From a virus (lineage: Duplodnaviria > Caudoviricetes), in the IMG/VR virus record IMGVR_UViG_3300025084_000039, positions 1 through 50,839 of that record: a DNA stretch of 50,839 nucleotides. One strand, written 5' to 3'. A model generated the notes under the pieces. It saw only the letters and a list, made by a program, of their open reading frames with translations. It had not been told where the DNA came from and ran no database searches. Each line of letters starts with the position of its first letter. Position 1 is the first letter of the stretch. Below, piece after piece: positions 25,804-36,013 of the stretch. Made by a program: the position numbers and the translations under genes.

Positions 25804-27149
25804 CAAGAGAACTAGGAAAACCAGGTGATCCAGTAACAGATCCAGAGGTTCTTGCATTCATAGCCGAAGAAAAGCATATTGGTGAGACGGGACAACTTCC
25901 CCCAGAAAGAGCGGCTGAGGTTGCAGAAAACCAACAGCAGGCACAACAAGAACAAAAGGAAGCAGAGAATTCTGAAGCAGGACCAGGTGCAGAACCACAA
26001 CCTGGAGCATCTCTTGAGAATGAAGCAGTTCATCAAATCACTTCTGCAGATGTAAAGAGGCAGGAGAAGTGTGATGAAAAAATTGCTATGATGATTCCTG
26101 ATCCAGATCAATTTGTGCAAAGTGCTCTGAAGGGAATACAAACTGCCATACAAAATATGACTGCGAAACTTGATAAGTATCTTCAAGCACTTCAAAGTTA
26201 TGTTGATGCAGTCTCTAATGTAATCGCTGACATACAAAAGATGATGTCTGATATTGCATGTCAAATTGCAAACTTCATGAAACAGATCTTTGATAAGATC
26301 ATGGAGTATGCCATGAAGATCTTAAACAAAGCTTTGAACGCTGTTGTCGCAGCGATGCCATCCAGTCTGAGATATCAGTTCTCTGATATGAAACAAGTAA
26401 TCACGGAACTTATTTTATGTCTTTATGGTAAGATGTCCGGGGGTCTTTGTGATAAAATCGCAGGGATTTTAGATGAACTAATTGATCCAAGTGGTCTTGT
26501 ACAAGAGACTCAGAATAGAGTAGCAAATCAAGATTCTGATGTAGGTGAGACAACATATCCTCAGGTTCCCATGTGCTTTGCTGAGGATGTTGCTGGTAGA
26601 GTGTTAGCAGGATCAAGAGAAGAATTAGATTCTGCTAATCAAAACATAGCAAACAACGTTGATGCATATCTGAAAGACATCACTGGTATGCTTGCGGGTA
26701 TAACTGATGTAATTGATCCTCTTTCTGGATTAGCATCTGGTAGTATTGATTTGGCAATTCCAGATATCGGCGGTAGTATTACGTCTGCATTATCTTTTGC
26801 AAATATCTCACTTAATATTTTTGGTTGTGAGTTAAAACCAAATATTGCAAAGTCTACCCTTTATACTTTCTGTCAAGGCGGTGATGAACAAGCTGCATCA
26901 CAGATGCCTAGTGAGGGTTCTGTTGATGAGAGATCTAAAGATGCACCTGTCCCACCAGCGGAGGAAGGAACACCATTTGCTGAACCCACTGCTGCCACAG
27001 AGGAAATCGATAACACAACTGCTGGTCAAGATACTGGTGAGAGATATAAAGTTGATCCAGAGACTACAGAACTGGTTGAGACAAGACCAGCAACTGACGC
27101 AGAAAAGGCAGAGAGGGAAGCCGCACGCGGTGCTCTTGATATATCTTGA
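25800..27149 (+). CDS. Helical baseplate-associated protein (probable gp5 middle segment)
   Basis: ATGA overlap with own GGAGG RBS; helical, scattered Cys. Confidence 0.65.
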   Translation: MTRELGKPGDPVTDPEVLAFIAEEKHIGETGQLPPERAAEVAENQQQAQQEQKEAENSEAGPGAEPQPGASLENEAVHQITSADVKRQEKCDEKIAMMIPDPDQFVQSALKGIQTAIQNMTAKLDKYLQALQSYVDAVSNVIADIQKMMSDIACQIANFMKQIFDKIMEYAMKILNKALNAVVAAMPSSLRYQFSDMKQVITELILCLYGKMSGGLCDKIAGILDELIDPSGLVQETQNRVANQDSDVGETTYPQVPMCFAEDVAGRVLAGSREELDSANQNIANNVDAYLKDITGMLAGITDVIDPLSGLASGSIDLAIPDIGGSITSALSFANISLNIFGCELKPNIAKSTLYTFCQGGDEQAASQMPSEGSVDERSKDAPVPPAEEGTPFAEPTAATEEIDNTTAGQDTGERYKVDPETTELVETRPATDAEKAEREAARGALDIS

Positions 27150-27188
27150 TAAATATTAGCATGAAGATTAACAAAGTATAATAAGGGA

Positions 27189-30100
27189 ATGTCATTTAAT
27201 ATCTTCGGTGCCGCAGATAAGAACTCCATCAAGGTCGGTTATGTCGATCCTAAGAGAGGGTACATCACTGGAGTTTCCCGTCTGGAAGCTAATAAGTATG
27301 CTGCGTTAAATCCTGGTGTTAGATTTATCGTAACGAATAGAGAGAAAACAAGATTTTTAAATATTAATCAGGTAAATGAATTAAAACCTACAGATCTTAT
27401 TCCTAAAAACAATCCGTCAAATGCTGATGGATGCCGAAGAATTGACGGACTAAGACCTGGAGATATTAATCCAAACGATATACCAGCAAGAATATGTATT
27501 ACAGGTGGTTCTGGTATTGGCGCAGTTGGAAATCCTATTTTTGGTACAGATGGTGCTCTACTTGCAGTTAATTTAGTTCGTGGTGGGTTTGGATATAGAA
27601 CTCCACCTAGAGTAAAAATATGTGACGATACCAAACAAGGTAGTGGTGCGGTGATGAGAGCTCTCACGGGAGAACTCGCAGAGACTGAAGAAGTTTTTGA
27701 TCAAGAGGATGACTTTGAAATTTATGATCTTTCTGGAGACACACTGCCTGGATATGGTGATAGATTTGGTCCAGAGGGACAGAACTTAGGGCAGTGGGAT
27801 CCTAACCTCTTTGCAAGTCTAGCTGAGTCTCCAATTGGTGCAGAGATTCAAAAGTATCAAGATTACTTAAAGCAAGCTATAGATGCTGGTGGTGGAGTGC
27901 CATATGGTGGAGCAGGCACTGCCGCTAAGATAGAATGCTGGTGGCATACTAGAAAAGAAACTCCAGAGGTTGTTGTCTTTAGAGATAAAACCACTCAAAT
28001 AAAACATGATGTTGCACACTGGGCATGGGGTGGTGATGCAACTACTAAGTCAGTCGATGGAAAGTCTCCACCATCAAAGGCAGATAATTTTGTTGATCTT
28101 AAGTTTGAAGTCTTCACTCAGGGTGGAAATCAGGCAGAAAGACAAATGCAGTTCGTTTTTACTGCTGAGGATGGATCTCATTCTTTTAGATTTAAGGCAC
28201 CTGATTTTAAAGATTCTAAAAAGACAACGGTAACAAAAAAGGTAAAGAAGAACACCAAATATAAAGTATCTGCTAATGGCAGATTCAAAGGAAAGGGAGT
28301 TGAACAGGGTCTTGTTGCTGGTATTGGAAAAAATGCAAAAGAAATTAAAGGAAATAAAAAAGGATCTGTAATTTTTGCAGACTTTGTTAAGTCATCTAAT
28401 GATAATGATGATTTACAAGTCAGAGCAACTCAAGGTGCATTTAATGCTACTGGTGAGAGAAAAACAACTGATGGTCATAGCACGAATGACTTGTCGTATA
28501 TATTTAAAGATAACTCTTCTTTTAAACCACCAAAGAAGAAAAGTATAAAAGTATATGATGTCAAGAACAGTTTCATGAACCGCTTTGCGGTTTCTCCTGT
28601 CCCATCATCAGATATTCCTGGAACCGATTATGCAGGACAGTGGTGTACGTTTGAATGGGAAGAGAACTTTCCATACACGGGAGAGTATACCTTCAGAGGT
28701 ATGGCTGATAATATTAGCAAGGTATATCTTGATAATGAACTTATCATGGAACCGAAGAACTTTAAGGGTAATCCTCTACCAAAAGATACAAAAAAGGTAA
28801 CGATTCAAGCAGGTATTCATAGAATTAAAATTGACCTCTTTAATATTCCCATCAGAGAAAAACCAAAACCCAAACCTGGTAGTGAGGGTTGTCCGACTGA
28901 AATTGATTTCAAAGTAACTACAGCAGCAGATTTTGCAAATGGAATTAGAATTCCTGGTTTAAATGTTAATTTTTCTAAGAGTTATAATGGTAAGCAATTA
29001 AATGAGTCTTTCCGACGTAAGGTTGAACTTGGAAAAGAGTATGAAGTTATCTGTACTAGTAGCAAAGGTGGTGGCGGTGGATCTGGTGATATCAGACTTA
29101 GAACTGCTGGAGCAAATGTGCTCCAAATGGAAGAGCATACAGATAAAGACTGGCAAGATTTAGTTTGCACCGTTAGTTGTGGTAGATTTATTAAGATTTC
29201 TGGAAATAGATGTAAGCTTATTTTTGATGCACCACCCGATTCTAAACAAGGGAGTAAGGGATCTCAAAGCAGGGAGACGATTTTTAACACCGCAGATTAT
29301 ATTAACAAGGCAGACAGAAAGTTATGGAGAACAAATGTCTATGGTAGGGGTGGATTCCTAAACAATTATGGTGTTTGTCCATTCAATACTAGAAAACCTT
29401 TAGCAGATAATCCATATGCAGGAAGACATGTGATTCGTTGGGAGCACATTAATTTCCCTGCAGATGGTAATTATGATATTGAAGTTGATGCCGATGATAG
29501 TGTGAAATTGTTCATCGGGAATAGAACTGGTAACGGAGCCATGGCAATTGGAAATGGTCTCAAAGATATTGATAAAGGTGGTGATGAAGTCATTATTGAA
29601 AATGGCATGAAAAAAACAACATATACCAGATTCTTTAAGAAGGGAAAGTATAGGATTAGAGCAGAGTTAACTCAAATACCTGGTGGTAGATTTAGTTTTG
29701 ATGGGAAGTCAAACCCTAAAGTATCATCTGCTGATGTAAAATTTGTGAGACGTGGCGGCGAAACTTACATGAAAGTTAATGGATCTGGATCTGTTGATAT
29801 TTCTTTTAGACTGAGAACGGACGATAACCCAAGAATCTCAGGAGTTTTTGCAAATAAAATCAGAATAGGAAAAGGTCCTAACGATTCTATTGAATTGAAA
29901 AGAACACGGACTGGTGTTGGAGGAAGAGGTGGATCTAAAGGTAGACTCAAGGAAAAAGAAGTCATCACAGGGACAGCATCTTTTGAGGCTGGTAGAGAGT
30001 ATCTTGTCAACGCAGTTGGATCTTCTTCTGGAACAGGATCTATTATAAAAAATAATGGTCGAACTATTGAGTATGATGATAATATTGGTAATGGATTTGA

Positions 30101-32615
30101 TGAAAATGCAGATCTTACGATCACAAAAGTAAAGGGAACTCAAGCAGCACCAGTTAAGGGTGTTAACCCTATGGCACTAGCAATTGATATTAAAAGTAGG
30201 GTTAAGGAGCAAGGAAGGATTTCTGCAAAATCCTGGAACCAAAATCCTATGGGTGCTGCCCTGTGTATTGATGCTCCTTTACCACCCATCCCTCAAGAAC
30301 CACCTGTAGAAGGAGAGGGAAGGTGTCCTAAGAATCCTATCTGGACTACTAGATTCCCAGGAAGTAGCGAGAGTTGGTGGCCAGTCACCTTAGATGCAAG
30401 GTGGAGTAAGTTTATGAATCGCTTTGCACTCTCTCCCTTACCACCTAGAAGAGAAAAGAATACTGATGGTGGTGGTGGAAAAGTCTATAGCACTACTTGG
30501 GATTTTGAAGCTCCTTATGATGGATTCTATGCACTGAAGGGAACATGTGATAACTGGGGTAGAGTCCTAGTTAATAATGGAGATACTTACACATATAAAC
30601 TCAGAGGATTTAAGACAGTATCTCCTCCTGTTGAAAAATTCTTCTTACCACAAGGCAACCATAAAATTACTGTCGAAGTTGAAAACCAAAAAACTCTTAA
30701 GAAAAAGACTGCGAAGAAGAAAGTATTTACTACCAAGGATTGGGCCAAATCAAGAACGGGTGGTGGATCAGTTGATGTAGACTTTAAAGTTACATCATCG
30801 GCAAAGTTTGCAAACTCAGTCGAAATGAAGGGAGTATTTTCTTTTGGAAAATCTTATGATGGTCCCCAAATAAATGAGAGTACATCTAAAAAATTAGAAT
30901 CTGGAAAAGTATATGATGTTGTTTTTAACAGTAATAGAAAAGGTGGTGGTGGTGGTAATAAAGGATATCAAATAAATTATGATGGATTAAACAGGGCAAA
31001 TAATCCTATTGATGTTTCGGGTAGTGGTAAGACAATTAAACTAAAAGACGGCGATGGTAATGATACTAATGCAAGTTTTAGGATCATGTCAGATTCTCCT
31101 GGAGTAGGTGCTAGGTTCTCTAGTGATGGAAGAAGTCTTAATGTTAATAAAAGTGGGGATGTTACTCTACGTCTTGAGTGGAATGATAATCCGAGCACAG
31201 CAGGTGTTGCTGTAAAATCAATCAGTCTTGGTGGAAAAACTTGGAGACAAAATGGTAGGGGTGGTGAACAAACGGAAACTATTAAAGTATCCGGCGGTTC
31301 TAGTGGTTCTCAGGGAAATAATTCTGCAATTAAATTGAGAAATGCAGGAGAAAGTGTAGTTCAAATGGAGGATCATACAGATAATGATTGGCAAGATATT
31401 GTTGTTTCTGCATCTAAAGGAAAGTTCTATGATTTTAATGGGAATAAGGCAAAATTTGTTGTTGGTTTTTCAAAACAAAAACAAACAACTAAAACTCAGG
31501 ATGGTGTAACTTATACTGGACCAGAACTGTTTAGAGGTAATAATAAAAACTGGAGTGAGTTTATGAATAATATAAACGTTTCTCCATACTTGCCACCACT
31601 TAATGTGGATAACCCAGATCTTCCTGGAGATAGAACATTCACTTTTTCAAACGTAAACTTTTTTGACAGTGGATCGCAAGAAATAAAATTCCAGTCTGAT
31701 GATAATGCAACTTTGTTTATTAATGGAAACAAAGTTGCTGAATCAAAATCGTTTAGAGGAACTCCTAATATCACAAGGGTAGATCTTTCTGCTGGTCGAT
31801 ATGAAATCAAAGTTGTAGTTAATAATTTGAGATTTAGAAAAAATGCATTTACAAATAATCCAACTGGATTTGCTTTGGATATTAGAAAGGAAGTTATTAT
31901 CTTTAGAGAATCAAAACCATGGCTCGTTAACCCAGTAGGAGTATCTGCAATCCTAATTCCGCCACCATGTCCCAAAAAAGTCAGAGGTGTTGGTATTGTT
32001 ACGGACATTATTATTGATGAACCAGGAAACTATCCACCACAACCACCACCACCTGGAAGTGGATACCCAGTTGTTTTGCAATTGACTGGTATCACTCCAA
32101 CTGCTCCTGGTATTAACTATGGTCCAGATGATGTAGTTTGTGTTGAAAATGAAGATGGAACTAAAATATGTTTTCCTATAACTCCAGGAAACTTTGGTCA
32201 AGTAAATGAGGTCAACGTATATCCAATCATCCTTCCTCCAGTATATCCCACAATTACTCTTGAGTCTGATACAGGAATTGGTTTCGTTGGTAGACCTGTA
32301 ATTAGACCAGTGATTGTTCCAGAGAATATTCTTCCACCCGAAGACATCATTCAGGTTACTGATCTGGTTGGACTGAAACAGACTGGATATGTCAACGGAA
32401 AACCATACTATGGATCTGTTTTCTCTAGAGATGGTCAATTGTTTGCTGGTATCTATGAAACGATTGGAGAACTCATCCCAGTCTATGCAACTCTTCAGGA
32501 GAGCATCGATAATCAGATTACTACCAGACCTTCTGCGATCCTCAGACAGGGTACAGATGTTACTTCTAATGATTCTAGACTTAACATTCCAAGAACACCA
32601 GAAAATCTCATCTAG
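27189..32615 (+). CDS. 1808-aa virion structural protein with PA14-like repeats
   Basis: Four GxYxFxxxxD(D/N)-like units; ATAAATA at 27149. Confidence 0.75.
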   Translation: MSFNIFGAADKNSIKVGYVDPKRGYITGVSRLEANKYAALNPGVRFIVTNREKTRFLNINQVNELKPTDLIPKNNPSNADGCRRIDGLRPGDINPNDIPARICITGGSGIGAVGNPIFGTDGALLAVNLVRGGFGYRTPPRVKICDDTKQGSGAVMRALTGELAETEEVFDQEDDFEIYDLSGDTLPGYGDRFGPEGQNLGQWDPNLFASLAESPIGAEIQKYQDYLKQAIDAGGGVPYGGAGTAAKIECWWHTRKETPEVVVFRDKTTQIKHDVAHWAWGGDATTKSVDGKSPPSKADNFVDLKFEVFTQGGNQAERQMQFVFTAEDGSHSFRFKAPDFKDSKKTTVTKKVKKNTKYKVSANGRFKGKGVEQGLVAGIGKNAKEIKGNKKGSVIFADFVKSSNDNDDLQVRATQGAFNATGERKTTDGHSTNDLSYIFKDNSSFKPPKKKSIKVYDVKNSFMNRFAVSPVPSSDIPGTDYAGQWCTFEWEENFPYTGEYTFRGMADNISKVYLDNELIMEPKNFKGNPLPKDTKKVTIQAGIHRIKIDLFNIPIREKPKPKPGSEGCPTEIDFKVTTAADFANGIRIPGLNVNFSKSYNGKQLNESFRRKVELGKEYEVICTSSKGGGGGSGDIRLRTAGANVLQMEEHTDKDWQDLVCTVSCGRFIKISGNRCKLIFDAPPDSKQGSKGSQSRETIFNTADYINKADRKLWRTNVYGRGGFLNNYGVCPFNTRKPLADNPYAGRHVIRWEHINFPADGNYDIEVDADDSVKLFIGNRTGNGAMAIGNGLKDIDKGGDEVIIENGMKKTTYTRFFKKGKYRIRAELTQIPGGRFSFDGKSNPKVSSADVKFVRRGGETYMKVNGSGSVDISFRLRTDDNPRISGVFANKIRIGKGPNDSIELKRTRTGVGGRGGSKGRLKEKEVITGTASFEAGREYLVNAVGSSSGTGSIIKNNGRTIEYDDNIGNGFDENADLTITKVKGTQAAPVKGVNPMALAIDIKSRVKEQGRISAKSWNQNPMGAALCIDAPLPPIPQEPPVEGEGRCPKNPIWTTRFPGSSESWWPVTLDARWSKFMNRFALSPLPPRREKNTDGGGGKVYSTTWDFEAPYDGFYALKGTCDNWGRVLVNNGDTYTYKLRGFKTVSPPVEKFFLPQGNHKITVEVENQKTLKKKTAKKKVFTTKDWAKSRTGGGSVDVDFKVTSSAKFANSVEMKGVFSFGKSYDGPQINESTSKKLESGKVYDVVFNSNRKGGGGGNKGYQINYDGLNRANNPIDVSGSGKTIKLKDGDGNDTNASFRIMSDSPGVGARFSSDGRSLNVNKSGDVTLRLEWNDNPSTAGVAVKSISLGGKTWRQNGRGGEQTETIKVSGGSSGSQGNNSAIKLRNAGESVVQMEDHTDNDWQDIVVSASKGKFYDFNGNKAKFVVGFSKQKQTTKTQDGVTYTGPELFRGNNKNWSEFMNNINVSPYLPPLNVDNPDLPGDRTFTFSNVNFFDSGSQEIKFQSDDNATLFINGNKVAESKSFRGTPNITRVDLSAGRYEIKVVVNNLRFRKNAFTNNPTGFALDIRKEVIIFRESKPWLVNPVGVSAILIPPPCPKKVRGVGIVTDIIIDEPGNYPPQPPPPGSGYPVVLQLTGITPTAPGINYGPDDVVCVENEDGTKICFPITPGNFGQVNEVNVYPIILPPVYPTITLESDTGIGFVGRPVIRPVIVPENILPPEDIIQVTDLVGLKQTGYVNGKPYYGSVFSRDGQLFAGIYETIGELIPVYATLQESIDNQITTRPSAILRQGTDVTSNDSRLNIPRTPENLI

Positions 32616-32640
32616 ATAGTAAACACTTAGAGTATTATAA

Positions 32641-33267
32641 ATGGCAACGGCCGGAAATACAGGTAATGATAGAAAACCAGGGAAGAATGGTGGTGCTAAT
32701 TTAAAGTGTAATTATACCGCTATCACCTATGGTAACGACCATGGTAGTCTTTCTTTTGGCAAAATTCACAAGCGAGCTGATGTAACATCTGATGTCATGT
32801 TACAGGCATCAGATGGTGAACACTTCATGTCTATGGATAAGGATGGTCCAAGAAAAGGTTGGACTACCTTCATGGGACCTGGAAACTTTCAGGTTGAGTG
32901 TGGAAGTAATAGAGCAGAAGAAGATGATACTTGCATGATTAATGCAAAGAATGGGAATATTGACATTATTGCAACTAATGGTAAAATAAGATTACAGGCA
33001 AATGATATTGAGTTAGTTGCTTTTCATGGTGACACTACCAAGGGCAACATAAAAATGGTTGCCTCTGAAAGTATTAGTGGGGAGGCTAAAAAAATATTAT
33101 TGTCCTCAAAAATGAATACTAAAATTATGTCAGCAGGTATAACCGAAGCAATTGGAAATAGTTGTCTTAAGATGTATGGATCTATTATTAGTGGTATAAG
33201 TGATGCAGTTGCAATTAAGGATTCAAAAGTTGGTGGAAAAAGATATCAAACACAACAACAAGGATAG
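32641..33267 (+). CDS. Probable gp5 C-terminal beta-helix spike-like protein
   Basis: Short beta repeats (INAKNGNIDIIATNGKIRLQANDIEL); position. Confidence 0.55.
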   Translation: MATAGNTGNDRKPGKNGGANLKCNYTAITYGNDHGSLSFGKIHKRADVTSDVMLQASDGEHFMSMDKDGPRKGWTTFMGPGNFQVECGSNRAEEDDTCMINAKNGNIDIIATNGKIRLQANDIELVAFHGDTTKGNIKMVASESISGEAKKILLSSKMNTKIMSAGITEAIGNSCLKMYGSIISGISDAVAIKDSKVGGKRYQTQQQG

Positions 33268-33276
33268 GAGGTAAAA

Positions 33277-34065
33277 ATGTCATTTAATTTAGACGATACC
33301 AATATTGGCGGACAAATGAAATGCGGTACTGGCATCTTCCCTGCTATTGGTGAAGGTGTTACCAGAGTGAATGGTTCAGCAGGTATCGAAGGACCTGTTG
33401 TGATGGGAAACCCTACTACATTCCCATGGCCTTATGCAACCGTAAATATTGCACCACTTACCAACAGTGATAATAAAATTGGACCTTTAATTCCTGGTGG
33501 ATTTTGTTATGGTCCACCAAGTAATCCATTTTCACTTGCTGTGAATGGAGCTGCAGGATTTATGGGACCTGTTGAGACTGCAGCGAATGTAATCGTTGGT
33601 GGTAACTGCCTTGTTCAGGGTAATGTAATCTCAAATTGTGGTGGTCATATTCTTGCTGCAAAGAAAAACTTTGATATTCCTCACCCAACCAAGGAAGGAT
33701 ACCGACTGAGACATACATGTCCTGAAGGTCCATCAAATGATGTTTACTTCCGTGGTACAGTAAGAAATAAAAAAGAAATTCTTCTTCCAAATTACTGGAA
33801 GAAACTTGTAGACTGGACTACAATCACAGTAAATCTGACTCCAATTGGAGCACATCAGGATGTAATTGTAAAGAGAATTGATGAGGAGAAAGTATATCTC
33901 CAAGCGATGGGCGGAATGCCTATCAATTGTTTCTTCCATATATACGGGACCAGAGCCGATGGAGAGAGACTTATCCCTGAATATGAGGGAGAGTCACCTG
34001 CAGATTACCCAGGAAATAATGATGAGTATTCTGTGTCTGGATATCACTACGATAAGAGAGGTTAA
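33277..34065 (+). CDS. Tail-associated protein with FDIPH..EGP..RG C-terminal domain
   Basis: GGAGG RBS; paralogous to the next gene. Confidence 0.75.
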   Translation: MSFNLDDTNIGGQMKCGTGIFPAIGEGVTRVNGSAGIEGPVVMGNPTTFPWPYATVNIAPLTNSDNKIGPLIPGGFCYGPPSNPFSLAVNGAAGFMGPVETAANVIVGGNCLVQGNVISNCGGHILAAKKNFDIPHPTKEGYRLRHTCPEGPSNDVYFRGTVRNKKEILLPNYWKKLVDWTTITVNLTPIGAHQDVIVKRIDEEKVYLQAMGGMPINCFFHIYGTRADGERLIPEYEGESPADYPGNNDEYSVSGYHYDKRG

Positions 34066-34067
34066 TT

Positions 34068-34820
34068 ATGGCAGGAGAATACGTACCAGGTTCTGGTGGC
34101 AAAGATTGTAATGATTATGCAACTTGGGGATCACCATCCACGGGTTACTATTATATTTTCAAGGGTAATGCAAAGGAAAGTGACTATCCAGATGAGGCAT
34201 GTACTCCTTGGTATCATCAAACAGCACAAATTGACAGTCTAAAAGTAAACACCTCTATCATCGGTGATGGAGAGATTAATATTACTGGCGAAGTTACTGC
34301 ACCTGTTTTTAATGGTAGTGCTACATCAGCAAAGACTATTGGCGGTGCATTCGATATACCGCATTTTAAAGATGAAAAGAAAAGAATCCGTCACGTAATT
34401 GCCGAAGGCCCAGAGGCAGGCATTTATGTTCGTGGAACTTTGAAAGATTCTAATAAGATTGAACTTCCTGAATACTGGGATGGACTTATTGATCCAGAAA
34501 CTATCACGGTAACCCTCACTCAAATTGGATATTCCCAAGATCTTATTATTGATGGTATTGAGTGGGGTAAAACCATAAAAATTAAATCTGGAACTGGGGC
34601 AAATATTCACTGCTACTATGAAGTATGGGCAGCGCGTTATATTAATCCATTAGATCATGATGAAAAACTCCACGTCGTGTATGATGGAGATAGTCCTGAA
34701 GACTACCCAGGTAATAATGAATATTATCTAATCGGTGGGTGGGACTATGATCGTCGAGAAACCAAATGGAGGCGTCCAGAAGACAAAGCGGACTCTGTAA
34801 ACCTTGACAAGGACGCCTGA
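34068..34820 (+). CDS. Paralogous tail-associated protein
   Basis: Shares FDIPH, RH..EGP, LP.YW, TITV.LT.IG, SP.DYPGNN. Confidence 0.75.
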   Translation: MAGEYVPGSGGKDCNDYATWGSPSTGYYYIFKGNAKESDYPDEACTPWYHQTAQIDSLKVNTSIIGDGEINITGEVTAPVFNGSATSAKTIGGAFDIPHFKDEKKRIRHVIAEGPEAGIYVRGTLKDSNKIELPEYWDGLIDPETITVTLTQIGYSQDLIIDGIEWGKTIKIKSGTGANIHCYYEVWAARYINPLDHDEKLHVVYDGDSPEDYPGNNEYYLIGGWDYDRRETKWRRPEDKADSVNLDKDA

Positions 34821-34832
34821 ATGTCCTATAAT
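34804..34832 (+). promoter_or_regulatory. Consensus sigma70 (early-type) promoter
   Basis: TTGACA-17 nt-TATAAT, perfect match. Confidence 0.92.
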
Positions 34833-34855
34833 ACCTAGGTAATCAAACGAACCCC

Positions 34856-35038
34856 ATGCAAGACGACTACCTCACACGCTGCGTTGTGGATCCCGTGAAG
34901 CGTAAGTTCTATCTGTACTCTGAGCAAGGTGATGAGAAGGTTCTTGATTGTGAAACCGTGGACCAGTTCATGAGTGTGCTAGAGTTGTGTCGTGCTGTGC
35001 TTGATGAAGACATACTTGCGTATGCATCTCCCCTCTGA
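34856..35038 (+). CDS. Hypothetical protein
   Basis: 60-aa ORF directly behind the promoter. Confidence 0.75.
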   Translation: MQDDYLTRCVVDPVKRKFYLYSEQGDEKVLDCETVDQFMSVLELCRAVLDEDILAYASPL

Positions 35039-35054
35039 CTAAAATTAGCTTTTA

Positions 35055-35109
35055 ATTCCAAAAAAGGGGGTAAAAAAATTCCCCAAATTTTTTGCCCTAT
35101 TACCTTTTT
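35055..35109 (+). repeat. Intergenic hairpin element, copy 2
   Basis: ATTCCA..TATTAC flanks; CAAAAAA/TTTTTTG and GGGG/CCCC stems. Confidence 0.65.
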
Positions 35110-35161
35110 ATGAATAACTATTCATCAGAGTTTTACAAAGAAATCCTAGAGTGTTACGATT

Positions 35162-35341
35162 ATGAGACCAGAAACCCGACAATCTATGGAAATGTTGTTC
35201 GTGGCGAAATGGAACTTACCCAAAGCAGCAAAAAACGCGGGACTGACTGATAAGGAGATGAAAATCACTTTTAACGAATATTGTAGTCTTCACCCATGTA
35301 CCTATGAAATTGAACAATCTGAAAATCTACTGTCAAACTGA
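35162..35341 (+). CDS. Hypothetical protein (59 aa, absent from ORF track)
   Basis: MRPETRQSMEMLFVAKWNLPKAAKNAGLTDKEMKITFNEYC... Confidence 0.65.
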   Translation: MRPETRQSMEMLFVAKWNLPKAAKNAGLTDKEMKITFNEYCSLHPCTYEIEQSENLLSN

Positions 35342-35594
35342 AGAGGACCAATCTAACGTATTTGACTTTCTTTTTTGCAAATATCAAAATGACATCAAAT
35401 ACTGTACTTGGGAACCTAACGGTGATGACGAGAATCCTGGAACTTGGGGAATGTTCGTCGATGACTTCCCACCTGAATTATGGGATAAAATGATCGATTA
35501 CCTGGAAGGTGAAGATTCTTGGGAACTTGATGAAACGGTTGAAATGTCATTAGATGATGAAGATAATAATATCTACAAGGATTATTGTCCTTAA
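35304..35594 (+). CDS. Acidic hypothetical protein
   Basis: 96-aa ORF ending just before the tRNA. Confidence 0.7.
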   Translation: MKLNNLKIYCQTEEDQSNVFDFLFCKYQNDIKYCTWEPNGDDENPGTWGMFVDDFPPELWDKMIDYLEGEDSWELDETVEMSLDDEDNNIYKDYCP

Positions 35595-35599
35595 TTTTT

Positions 35600-35684
35600 G
35601 GGAGCGTGGCGGAATCGGTAGACGCACCAGACTTAAAATCTGTTGAACATTAAGTTCGTGGGGGTTCAAGTCCCCCCGCTCCTA
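35600..35684 (+). tRNA. trnL: tRNA-Leu(UAA), no intron, CCA not encoded
   Basis: GGGAGCG/CGCTCCT acceptor, TAA anticodon 35634-35636, long variable arm, GGTTCAAGTCC T arm. Confidence 0.95.
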
Positions 35685-35722
35685 TTGCCTCACTAAATAT
35701 ATGTGGGGTATTCCACAGTCCC

Positions 35723-36010
35723 ATGAAATATCGCATAGATACGAAGTATCATATAGATACAAAATACTGCTGGTATAGAGGAAAGAGACAAATTGTATTG
35801 ATGTATTTCATACAAAATGTTCCTTTCACTTTTGATGATCTTCCCGACTTTGCTATTCATGATGCGGAAATCGTTGAAATGGCCAATAGTGGAAAGGCAT
35901 ATGAAGAAGAAGATTTATATAGATCTGCCATCTACTTAATGTTGGAGGAATGCAATCCACTATTACACGAACTAGAATTAGAAAATCCAGAACTTTTACC
36001 TGTAGATTAG
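35723..36010 (+). CDS. Hypothetical protein
   Basis: 95-aa ORF; CTAAATA at 35693. Confidence 0.75.
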   Translation: MKYRIDTKYHIDTKYCWYRGKRQIVLMYFIQNVPFTFDDLPDFAIHDAEIVEMANSGKAYEEEDLYRSAIYLMLEECNPLLHELELENPELLPVD

Positions 36011-36013
36011 AAA

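Noticed and set aside
25790-25810. Sequencing frameshift splitting gp5
   Set aside because: Clean ATGA overlap with a well-placed GGAGG suggests a real gene boundary; reads would confirm.
35600-35684. Group I intron in tRNA-Leu(UAA)
   Set aside because: Anticodon loop is contiguous (CTTAAAA).
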